Source: Malacoraja senta (lineage: Eukaryota). Taken from it: DNA of 64,000 bases. The position numbers were made by a program, and so were the translations under genes. Below are positions 46,577 through 58,104 of the stretch, in pieces; the stretch's first letter is position 1; each line of letters begins with the position of its first letter. Under the pieces are notes generated by a model. That model was given only the letters and a program-made list of their open reading frames with translations. It was not told where the DNA came from and did no database searches. Where the stretch lies: positions 2,914,001 to 2,978,000 of the forward strand of contig CM075991.1 of NCBI GenBank assembly GCA_038087875.1, given 5' to 3'.

Positions 46577-49156
46577 CCGGGGCAGGGGGAGGGAGAGCGG
46601 GACGATACTCTGGTAAAGGCGGCCCCGATGGTCGCCCTCACTCGGGGCCCAGGCTCCACGAAGCTCCTGTGCGGTCCCGACGTTTCCTGATCTTGTTGTA
46701 ACATAAGACAACTTTTGCATTGATTTAGCAAAACGAGCTCAGGCAGCATCTGTACAGGGTATGGGTCAGGCGGCGTTTCGGTTCCAGGCCCTTCTTCAGG
46801 CGGCGGTAGACCCCCCTCCGTAGATGCTGCCCGGTCCGCTGAGCTCCTCCAGCACTTTGTGTGTTGCACAAGATTCCAACATCTGCAATTCCTTGCATCT
46901 CCATTTTTTTTTTACCGTATATATTGTCTCGACTGGAGGTGAGAGACATGAACAAGGATGAATATCCGTTTTTTTCTGATACCACAGACAAAGCAAGAAA
47001 ATGGGATATTCTAAATCGACCAAGATTGTTGACACACAAGGAACCGCAGATGCTGGAATATTGAGTAAAACATAAAGTGGTGGAGGAACTCAGTGGGACA
47101 GTTAGATTATGGAGATCTCATTCAGAACGTGGGTGGAATCAAGGTGGATACAAGGAACTGCAGATGCTGGTCTATTTAAAAATAAACCCACTAATTGCTC
47201 GAACAATTTGGGGTAGCGCAGTGGCATAGTTGCTGCCTTACAGCGCCAGGGACCCGGGTTCGATCCTGACTACACCTGCTTTCTAGAGTGTGTACATTCT
47301 CCCTGTGACCACATTGGTTTTCTCCAGGTGCTTCGGTTTCCTCCCACATTCCAAAGACATGCAGGGTTGTAGGTTAATTTACTTCTGTAAAATTGTAAAT
47401 TGTTCCTAGTGTGTAGGATAGTGTTAGTGTGCGGGGAATGCTGGTCGGTACAGACTCGGTGGGCCGAAGGGCCTGTGTCTGCATTTTCTTGCTAAACTAT
47501 GCTCAATGGGTCAGGTAGTAAGTCTGGAGAGCATAGATGGGTGACATTTCAGGTCAAGATCCTTCCTCAGACTGAAGAAGGATCCTGACCCGAAATATCA
47601 CCCGTCCTTGCTCTCCAGAGATGCTGCCTGACCCGCTGAGCTGCTCCAGCACATTATTTTTTTATAGGTGTAATCGAACATGGTCCAAAGACCAGAATGA
47701 TGAAACAGCAAATTATTTTATTTGCTGAGAGATTTTCTTAATATCACATCTTGTTAATTTTCATCTGATGATACAATAATTATTTATTGTTTCATCAATT
47801 CCTCCCTTATCATGAGGCCATTTTAAATAAAAATGCTGGTACATGAAAATTCAACATTTTGCTTGTTCTAAAATTTGTGCTGATTTCAATAAATAAAGAT
47901 GATTACTGTTCAAATACTTAATAATATATTTTAAAATATTTAAAATGAGTCATAGAGCACAGAAAGTCTCTTTGGCCCAAATTCTTGCTGACCAAGATGC
48001 CCCATCTAATCTGGTCTAATTTGCCTGCATTTGGCCCATATCCCTCAAAACGTCTTATCCCATTATCTTCATCAGAAGATAGCGAATCTTTGACATTCAC
48101 TGCCAAAACAAGCAGTCAAGGCTCATTTGTTAAATCTATTCTAGCTGAAGTTTTCAGATATTAATGGTTTAAAATGGATTTGGGATGAGTGCAGGAAAGT
48201 AATGTTGAGGTAAAATATGTGCCGAAAGGCGTATTAGAGTTAGAGTCGTACAGCGCTAAAATGGACCCTTCAGCCCAATTTACCCATCTACGCTAGTCCC
48301 ACCTGCTCGTGTTAGGCCCATATCACTAAACCTTTCTTCTGCACTTATGTGATAAAATGCATTAAAATTTTACAGTAGCTGCCTCTGGCAGATAGACACA
48401 AGATGCTGGAGTAACTCACTGGTCACAGTTGTGAGTGTGGAATTCTCTTCCTCAGAGGATGGTGGAAGCTGGTTCTCTGAATACTTTCAAGAGGGAGCTA
48501 GATAAGGCTCTTAAAGATAGCGGAGTCAGAGGATGTGGGGAGAAGGCAGAAATGGGGTACTGATTGGGGATGATCACATTGAATGGCGATGCTGGCTCGA
48601 AGGGCCGAATGGCCTACTCCTGCACCTATTGTCTATTGCCTATTGGTCAGGCAGTATCTCTGGAGAAAATAATTGGGTGACCTTTTGGGTCAAGACCTTT
48701 CTTCAGACTTATGTAAACCATACCATATACCAGCATCTGCAGTTCCTTCCCACACTCTTTGTCTACTTCCTCTGGCAGCTTGTTCCATATACCCACCACC
48801 CTCTCTGAACATGTTGCTATTAAATCTTCTCCCACTGACATTAAACCTACGTCCCTTGGTTCTTGATTTCCACTACACTGAGTCAAAGATTCTGTGCATT
48901 TACCCTATCCCCATTATGATCTTATACACCGCTGTACGTTCCCCCTCCTTTGCTCCAAGGAATAAAGTCCTAGACTGCCCAGCTTCGCTCTATGGCTCAG
49001 ACCCTCAAGTCCTGGCAATTTTCTCATAAATCATTTCTGCACTCTTTGGTTTAATGGCACCCTTCATATGGCAGGATGACCAGAACTGAACACAATACTC
49101 TAAATGCAGCCTCACCAATGTTTTGTACAACTGCAACATAACACTTCTATATTCAA

Positions 49157-50190
49157 CAGAAGATAGACAAAAAATGCTGGAGTAACTCAGCGGGACATGC
49201 ATCATCTATGGAGAGAAGGAATGGGTGACATTTTGGGTCGAGACCCTTCTTCAGACTGATGTCGGGAGAGCGAGATGCATAGATAAGGAAGTGTAAGGTG
49301 TGAAATTATGACAATGGGAATAGAGATCAAGGAGAATGTAGAATAGATCATTGTTAGCTGGGAGGTACACAAAAATGCTGGAGAAACTCAGCGGGTGCAG
49401 CAGCATCTATGGAGCGAAGGAAATAGGCAACGATTCGGGCCGAAACCCTTCTTCAGACTGGGAGTTAACTGCTTTTTTTAATCTCTGTTCAAAGCATACT
49501 GAGATAAAATGTGGTCGGAGACATGAGACGAGTCAGAGAACTAGGAAGGAGGAGGGATGGAGAGAGGGAAAGCAAGATTTACTTGATGTTGGAGAAGTCA
49601 ATGTTCAGACCGCTGGGGCGCAAGCTGCCGGAACGAAATGTGAGGTGATGTTCCTCTAATTTGCGCTGGGCCGCACTCTTGACAATGGAGGAGGCCCAGG
49701 ACAGAAAGGTCAGTGTGGGAATGGGAGGGGGTTAAAGTATTTAGCAACCAGGAGATCAGGTAGGTTTAGCTGAGCGGAGGTGTTCAGCGAAAAGATCGCT
49801 GAGCCTGCGCTTGGTCTCGCTGATATATAGGAGTCCACACCTGGAACAGTAGATGAGGTTGGAGAAGGTATGTGAACTTCTGCCTCACCTGAAAAGACTT
49901 GGGGTCCTTGGACCGAGTTGAGGTGGGGGGGGGGGGGGGGTATAGGGAGGGACAGGTGTGGCATCTCTTTTGATTGCAGGGGAAAGTACTTGGGGAGGGG
50001 GTGGTTTGGGTGGGAAGGGACAAGTTGACCAGGGAGTTGTGGGGGGAACAGTCTCAGCCGAAAGGGGTGGAGATGGGAAGATGTTGCTAGTGGTGGGATC
50101 TCGTTGGAGGTGGCGAAAATGTTGGAGGATTATGTGCTGTCCCTGTTACGACTGGGGGGGAGGGGCAGCAAGAGCGGAGCTGCGGGATGA
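49157..50190 (-). mobile_element. Decayed Penelope-like element (GIY-YIG plus pseudo-LTR) with a second pseudo-LTR nested at about 49365-49457
   Basis: Reverse-strand similarity to 44601-45405 (TFPCNQKRCHTC, LPDLLVAKYFN), with frameshifts. Confidence 0.8.
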
Positions 50191-50760
50191 TGAAGCCCAG
50201 TGTGCCAATAGCCTTATTCACCGCCCTAATTACTGTGTTGATACTCAATACTCTGATGAAGGCCAATGTACTGAAAGTTGTCTTGACCACCCTATCTACA
50301 TGTAGCACCACTTTCAAGGAACTGTGTACCTGTCTACTCCTAGATTCTTCTGCATTACAACATTCCCCAGGGCCCTGCCATTTACTGGGATGTTCCTACC
50401 CTGGTTTGATGTCCCAAAATACAACACCTTGCACTTACCTATATTCAATTCCATTAACCATTCCTCAGCCTACTTGCCCAGCTGATCAAGATCCTGCTGT
50501 AATTTTTGGCAACCATCGTTGCCACCTACAACACCACCCACTTTAGAATAATCTGCAAACGTAATACTCGTGCCTTCTACATTCTTATCCAAATGGCTGA
50601 TAAAAATTACAAACAGCATTGGGCCTAGCACTGATCCCTGAGACACACCACCAGTCACATGCCTCCAGTCTGAAAACAACCACCTGTCTGAAGAAGGATC
50701 TCGACCCGAAACGTCGCCTATTTCCTTCGCTCCATAGATGCTGCCGCACCCGCTGAGTTT

Positions 50761-53020
50761 AGAACATAGAACATAGAAAATAGGTGCAGGAGGCCATTCA
50801 GCCCTTCGAGCCAGCACCGCCATTCATTGTGATCATGGCTGATCGTCCCCTATCAATAACCCGTGTCTGCCTTCTCCCCATATCCCTTGACTCCACTAGC
50901 CCCTAGAGCTCTATCTAACTCTCGCTTAAATCCATCCAGTGACTTGGCCTCCACTGCCCTCTGTGGCAGGGAATTCCATGAATTCACAACTCTCTGGGTG
51001 AAAACATTTTTTCTCACCTCAGTCTTAAATGACCTCTTTATTCTAAGACTGTGGCCTATGGTTCTGGACTCGCCCCACATTGGGAACATTTTTCCCGCAT
51101 CTAGCTTGTCTAGTCCTTTTATAATTTTATATGTTTCTATAAGATCCCCCCTCATCCTTCTAAACTCCAGTGAATACAAGCCTAGTCTTTTCAATCTTTC
51201 CTCATGACAGTCCCGCCATCCCATGGATCAATCTCGTGAACCTATGCTGCACTGCCTCAATCACAAGGATGTCCTTCCTCAAATTAGGAGACCAAAACTG
51301 TACACAATACTCCAGATGTCGTCTCACCAGAGCCCTATACAACTGCAGAAGAACCTCTTTACTTCTATACTGAAATCCTCTTGTTATGAAGGCCAACATT
51401 CCATTAGCTTTCTTCACTGCCTCCTGTACCTGAAAGCCAACTTTCAATGACGGGTGTACAAGGACGCCCAGGTCTCGCTGCACCTCCCCCTTACCTAACC
51501 TAACCCCATTGAGATAATAATCTGCCCCCTTGTTTTTGCCGCCAAAGTGGATAACCCCACATTTATCTATATTATACTGCATCTGCCACGCATCTGCCCA
51601 CTCACTCAACCTGTCCAGGTCACCCTGCAACCTCCTAACATCCTCTTCACAGTTCACACTGCCACCCAGCTTTGTGTCATCCGCAAACTTGCTAGTGTTG
51701 CTCCTAATTCCCTCTTCCAAATCATTAACATATATGGTAAACAATTGCGGCCCCAACACCGAGCCTTGCGGCACTCCACTCGCCACTGCCTGCCATTCTG
51801 AAAAGGACCCGTTCACTCCTACTCTTTGCTTCCGGTCTGCCAACCAATTTTCTATCCATGTCAACACCCTACCCTCAATACCATGTGCTCTAATTTTAGT
51901 CACCAGTCTCCCGTGCGGGACCTTATCAAAGGCTTTCTGAAAGTCTAGATACACTACATCCACTGGCACCCCTTCATCCATTTTACTCGTCACATCCTCA
52001 AAAAATTCCAGAAGATTAGTCAAGCATGATTTCCCTTTCATAAATCCACGTTGACTTGGACTAATCCTTTTACTGCTATCCAAATGCCCCATTATTACCT
52101 CTTTAATAATTGACTCCAGCATCTTTCCCACCACCGAAGTCAGGCTAACTGGTCTGTAATTCCCCGTTTTCTCTCTCGCTACTTTCTTGAAAAGTGGGAT
52201 AGCATTAGCTATCCTCCAATCCACAGGAACTGATCCTGAATCTATTGAACATTGGAAAATGATCACCAATGCGTCCACTATTTCTAGAGCCACCTCCCTG
52301 AGGATCCTGGGATGCAGACCATCAGGCCCAGGGGATTTATCATCCTTCAGTCCCATTAGCCTACCCAATACTATTTCTCGCCTAATGAAAATTTCTTTCA
52401 GTTCCTCAACCCCCTTAGATCCTCTGTCCTCCAGTACATCTGGGAGATTGTTTGTGTCTTCCTTAGTGAAGACAGATCCGAAGTACCTATTCAACTCTTC
52501 TGCCATTTCCTTGTTGCCCATAATAATTTCACCCGTGTCTGCCTTCAAGGGACCCACATTTGACTTTGCTACTCTTTTGCCCTTAGCATATCTAAAGAAG
52601 CTTTAACTGTCCTTTATATTCCAGGCCAGCTTCCCTTCGTACTTCATCTTTTCAGCCCGTATTGCCCGTTTTGTTTCCTTCTGTTGTCCTATGAAAGTTT
52701 CCCAATCCTCTGGCTTCCGGCTACTCTTTGCTGTGTTATACATCTTTTCTTTTAGTTTTATTCTATCCCGAACTTCTCTTGCCAGCCACGGTTGCCTCCT
52801 ACTCCCCTTAGAATCTTTCTTCCTTTTTGGAATGAAATGATTCTGCATCTTCCGGATTATGCCCAGAAATTCCTGCCATTGCTGTTCCACCGTCATTCCT
52901 GCTAGGATCCCTTTCCAGTCTACCTTGGCCAGCTCCCCTCTCATGCCTTCATAGTCCCCTTTGTTCAACTGCATCACTGACACTGCCGATTTAACCTTCT
53001 CCTTCTCAAATTGCAGATTT
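50761..53020 (-). mobile_element. Young 5'-truncated CR1 LINE (ORF2 RT, few disablements) in TTI2 intron 1
   Basis: 451-aa ORF with KSPGPDGLHPR, NYRPVSLTS, YLDFQKAFDKVPH, SGVPQGSVLGP, FADD. 3' tail of (TTCTATG)n type at about 50761-50780. Confidence 0.95.
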
Positions 53021-53338
53021 TCCAGCATTTTTGTCTACCCTCCCTCTACTTCCTTTCATGAAGCCAATTTTTCTATCCAGCTTTCTTCTGTTAGTAAAAT
53101 TTGAGAATTAGTAAAATATTCTATTCTACCCGTTGTATTTCTTCTTCCTCTAAAGTTGTCTCCAAAAATGTCCATTTTGTAGGGCCATTGATCTGATAAG
53201 TTGCGATATGCGTATGATAACCTTGTACACTTCTTCCCTCCTGCTTGTTACACTGCTTCGGGGCACAACAACAAAATAATGCTTTCTTTTTCCCAGGTTA
53301 AATATGAATTACTGATTGCAAGTTAAAGGAAAGACACC

Positions 53339-54030
53339 ATGGAAGATCCTTCAGAAATCATCCAGAAACTGCAACTTGCAGGCCAAGGCAGGGCGGAGCG
53401 AGAGGAACATTATCAGAGTATGAAAGTCCCCATAGTTGAGGAGGTTCTTAAAAATCTTCTGGAGGACTTGTCAACCGAAAACCTAAGGAGAGACAGAGGA
53501 TCAGTTGTGGGTGATGTAAAGGATTTGCTTTTACATGCTGACCCTCTCTGGCTTCTCAATCATTACCGTCAAGGTGAAACTCTGAACATTGTGCACTTGT
53601 ACATTGACCTGACCGTTTCTTTGACCCTGTACGCAGCACTGCCGCGGTGTGAGACTGACATTGGGGAGCTGCCCAACAGTGCTTATTCCACCATACCCGG
53701 CAGGGCGCAGAGTGTGGCCGAAACATTTCAGCTGCTCCTCAGTAAACTGTCGGTAAGGCCGCTGCAAGCCTCGTCCTCCAGCCCCGCCGAACTCTCGCCC
53801 GACTCGGTTTTGAATGCCATCTCGCCGCACCTGGTCATCTTCTGTGCCACGCACTGCCAGGAGAGGCCGTGGACCAACGCAGCGTCCCGGTTGGCTGCCG
53901 ACGAGCTGCTGGCTGCCACCGTGCAAGCATCCGGCTGCAAGACTGTGGTGGAACTCCTGTGTGGATCACAGGAGGAAGGACACGGGGCTCTGGCAATCGT
54001 GCTGCATCTGATGAAACCTCAGATGAACAA
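53339..54030 (+). CDS. TTI2: TELO2-interacting protein 2, first coding exon (exon begins 53297)
   Basis: Acceptor tttttcccag|53297, Kozak acaccATGG, 230-codon ORF MEDPSEIIQKL...HCQERPWT...LMKPQMN(K), donor AA|gtaagt. Splices in frame to clearly TTI2-like exons. Confidence 0.9.
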
Positions 54031-54059
54031 GTAAGTCAATGGTAGATATTCAGGGTTAG

Positions 54060-55052
54060 ATTTATTACTGTCACTCGCACCGAGGTACAGCGGGAAGCTT
54101 TGTTCTGCATGCTATCCAGTCGGATCAGATATACCAAACGTAAATACAATCAAGTCAAACTCAAGCACAGTGGGTAGGGCAAAGGGTGCAGAATATAGTT
54201 TGTTCAAGAAGGAACTGCAGATGCTGGAGAATCGAAGGTAGACAAGATTGCTGGAGAAACTCAGCGGGTGCGGCAGCATCTATGGAGCGAAGGAAATAGG
54301 CAACATTTCGGCCCGAAACGTTGCATATTTCCTTCGCTCCATAGATGCTGCCGCACCCACTGAGTTTCTCTAGCAATCATATCTACCTGCAGAATACAGT
54401 TGTCAGTTATAGTTCAGTATAGTTCTGTACTTATAGTTCACTATAGTTAGATATATTTCCCAGTGTTATAGCGCATCCAGAGACAAAGTCCAATTTGTGC
54501 AATGGGGTAGAGGTGAATCAAACAGTACCTTAGTTTATGAAGGACTATTTGGGGACCTGATAACAGAGGGGAAGAAGCTGTTCCTGAGTCTGGTAGTGCG
54601 CACTTTCAAGCTTCTGTATCTTCAGCAGACGAGAGAAGGAATGACCGGGTGGGACAAGTCTTTGATCATGTTGGCTGCTTTCCTGAGGCAGCGTGAAGTG
54701 TAGATGAAGTCAGGGGTAGGGAGGCAGGTCTGTTTGATGGACTGGGCTACATCCACAACTCTGTACAATTTCATGCGATGTGTTCCCAAACTAAGCTGTG
54801 ATGCAACCCAACAGTGGTGGGTGCAACTCATCTGCGGCACTAGCTGCGTTGCTGCCTTCTTGTCTGCCAATTCAATGCGGTTTATCCACGACAGACCGTT
54901 AGTTATATTGACGCCAAGGAACTTCAAGCTCTCAACCATTTCTACTTTGGCACCATTGATGCTGATTGAGGCGTGTACACCACCATCTTCCTAAAGTGAT
55001 ACTTAGCTCTTTCATCTTGCTGACATTGAGGCAGAGGTTATTGTCCTGACAC
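54060..55052 (-). mobile_element. Rex1/Babar-like LINE fragment (decayed)
   Basis: Translates VESLKFLGVNITNGLSW...TSRCLRKAANMIKDLSHP. Interrupted by a Penelope palindrome. Confidence 0.7.
54201..54387. mobile_element. Fold-back Penelope pseudo-LTR palindrome
   Basis: TSD tgcagaata(t/c)agtt at 54187-54200 and 54388-54401. Confidence 0.82.
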
Positions 55053-56504
55053 CATAGAAACATAGAAAATAGGTGCAGGAGGAGGCCATTCGGCCGTTCG
55101 AGCCAGCACCGCCATTCATTGTGATCATGGCTGATCGTCCCCTATCAATAACCCGTGCCTGCCTTCTCCCCATATCCCTTGACTCCACTAGCCCCTAGAG
55201 CTCTATCTAACTCTCTCTTAAATCCATCCAGCGCCTCTGTGGCAGGGAATTCCATAAATTCGCAACTCTCTGGGTGAAAACGTTTTTTCTCAACTGTCTT
55301 AAATGACCTCCCCTTTATTCCAAGACTGTGGCCCCTGGTTCTGGACTCGCCCAACATTGGGAACATTTTTCCTGCATCTAGCTTGTCCAGTCCTTTTATA
55401 ATTTTATATGTTTCTATAAGATACCCCCTCATCCTTCTAAACTCATGTTACTAAGTTCTCTGTCTCCTCCCTGTACTCCATCTCGTCATATTTCATGAGA
55501 CCCACATATGACAACTGTGTCTCCAAATGGTCACCTCCCTCTGATAGATCTTGTAGCTACTCCCACTTGAAGGAGAGGAGTAACTCACCAACTCACTGTA
55601 GATAACGCACCCGACTGCAAGTAGCATCAGTATGATGAGAGATTTGGTGTTGAATCTCCTTTGCTTTATAGCCAGAACATATAAGAGTACAGCACAGGTT
55701 ACAGACACTTTGGCCAACAATGTCTGTGCCAAACATGATGGCAAGCTAAATTAATCTCAACTGCCTGCACGTCATCCATATTCCTCCATACTCTGCATTT
55801 GCATATGCCTATCCAAAAGCCCCTTAAACATCACTTACTGTAAACACCAGTATTGTATCTGACTGCCCCAGGCACTCGCCAATTTTTGTGTTAAAAAAAA
55901 AAAATTGCCCCACATATAAATTTCCTCCTCTGACGTTAAAGTTATGCCCTCTAATCTTTGACATGTCCACCCTAGGAAAAAAAATCTAACCTTCTACCTA
56001 TCTATGGTCTCAATATTTTACGTACTAGGTTCTCCATCAACTTCCGAAGCTCCAGAGAAAACAATCCAAGTTTGTCCAAGCTCACCTGATAGTTAAAACC
56101 TTCCAATCTAGGCAAACTACTTGTGCACCCGTTCCAGAGCCCCCACATCCTTCCTGTAATGGAGTAACCAAAAGAGCACGCAATCCTCCAAATGTGGCCT
56201 AACCAAAGTCCTATAAAGCTGTAGCATGACTTCCTGACTCGTATGCCCAGTGCCACAACCGATGAGGGCAAGCATACCATTCTATCTACTTGTGTTGCCA
56301 CTTACAGGGTGTTTTGGAGCTAAGTCGCCTACAAATAATGAACCCGTGGGAATGTACGACGCTGCTGACAGGAAGCGCACACTCCCATCTTCCACAGCTC
56401 TTGGGTCTCACCCAAGGGCCTGCTACGTCTGCCACTCTTCCCTGCTTGTTTTCATTTACTGAACAGAGTGCTGGTAACTGCGTTGTGTGTGCAAACCTCC
56501 ACAG

Positions 56505-56691
56505 AAACACGTGGAAGTTGAACCCAGCCACGAAGCACGTGTTCCGGTGGCTGCTGCAGAGGGTGAGGAGACCCTGGCTGAGCGAGCACCTGGACACAGT
56601 GCTGCCACCATCCCTCCTCTTCTCCGACGACTACAGGACAGAGAATAAGATTCTGGGCGTGAGGTGTCTGCAGCACGTCATTGACAATGTG
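56505..56691 (+). CDS. TTI2: TTI2 coding exon 2
   Basis: acag|A AAC ACG TGG...AAT GTG|gtaggt. Translates NTWKLNPATKHVFRWLLQRVRRPWLSEHLDTVLPPSLLFSDDYRTENKILGVRCLQHVIDNV, matching TTI2 (WKxNPAxKHVFxW...SDDYxTENKILGVxCL). Confidence 0.95.
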
Positions 56692-58011
56692 GTAGGTGGA
56701 GGCCAGAGAGTGGCAATTACGCCAAGGGGGATGGGAGGGGTGGACATCACACCGGGACCAGTGCAGAGAGGTCTGATGTGGGTAAGGTGGCAGCATCGAG
56801 TGTGCTGCCCATGTCCTGTTGATATTCAACTGAAGCTCATGTCGGCCTGGTTTCTGGTGGATGAGAAAGAGGCCTGAAGTACAATTAATGTGAACGGGAG
56901 ATTGATGGTCAGTATGGACAGTGGGCTGAGGGCCTGTTTTAATGCTGTATCTCCAAACTAAGCTGAACTAATATGCAGGGATATGAATCACTTCCAGGCA
57001 GAAGAGATTAGTTTAACTTGGTTCTGGTACAGTATGAACAGCAGAGTTCCACTGAGGTTCACTCTCGCTGTTTGTGGGACCTCTGCAGATTTTCACCTGC
57101 TCTTGTCTGCAGAGCAGTAACTGTACTTGTAAACAAATTTGAAGCAGAGCAGCTTGTATTAAAATGCTGTATTCATGTTTTCTTTTAATATAAACTGAAG
57201 GGTAATCTACCTTCAATAATGTGGCACAAATAGTTCAGTACAGCCCAGGAACAGGCCTTCAGTCCACAATGTCCAGACATGATGTCTTTAAACTAATCAT
57301 ATTCCTGCATAGTTTAGAGATACAGCATGGAAACAGGCTCTTCGGCCCACCGAGTCCGCTCCCAACATCGATCGCCCATTCACGTCAATTCTATAGCATC
57401 CCACTTTCCCATACTCCCTACACACTAGGGACGATTTACAGAGGGCCAATTAGCCTACAAACACAAATGTCTTTGGTATGTGGGAGGAAACCAGAGCTCC
57501 CAGAGGAAACCCATTGGGGGGTCACAGGGAGAACGTGCAAACTCCACACAGACAGCACCCAAAGTCAGGATCAAACCCGGGTCTCTGATGCTGTGAGGCA
57601 GCGGCTCGCCATTTTCATGTGACTATCTGAAATCCTTTCAAATACCACTATCGTATCTGCCTCCTCCACCACCCCTAGCAGCCCATTCCAGGCTCTCACC
57701 ACTCTGTGTAAAACAAAAACGTCCCACACATCACCTTTCACCCCCTCTCACCGTAAAGCTGCCCCCTCTAGTCTTTTTGCCATCTATTTACTGTAGGAAA
57801 TGAGAAATATATTGTTTATACTTGGTTGGATGTTGGTGGCAATAGGCTGTAAAGATGACTACAGGGAACTGAACAGAGGGACTAAAATGTAAAGGTGGAT
57901 GAATTATAAGAGACCTTGTTGGGCCCAACAGTTTGGACTTTATTATATTTTGGTGTACAAGGCAGCGTGGATGTGTTTCTGTGCATCTAACAGCTCTGTG
58001 TTCTATTTCAG

Positions 58012-58104
58012 CCGGCTGCTGAACTCTTGCAGTATAACCGGGCACAGGTGGTCTACCACGCTCTCTTCAATCACCTGTACGTTCCTGAAGCCTCACTCGT
58101 TCAG
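58012..58104 (+). CDS. TTI2: TTI2 coding exon 3
   Basis: tttcag|CCG GCT GCT...GTT CAG|gtgaac. Translates PAAELLQYNRAQVVYHALFNHLYVPEASLVQ. Confidence 0.94.

Larger units (their letters stand above)
46000..46700. promoter_or_regulatory. CpG island / probable TTI2 promoter
   Basis: Non-repetitive GC- and CpG-rich block with an ETS-type CCGGAAG (46234-46240), GC-rich boxes and no TATA. Lies about 7 kb upstream of the first TTI2 coding exon. Confidence 0.8.

Noticed and set aside
46054..46869. 271-, 211- and 151-aa ORFs over the CpG island
   Set aside because: Stop-poor GC-rich sequence, running through a (CA)n tract and a Penelope repeat.
56692..56877. ORF extension beyond the TTI2 exon (also 56290-56504 and 61267-61372)
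   Set aside because: TTI2 similarity stops at canonical GT/AG sites, so these parts are intronic.
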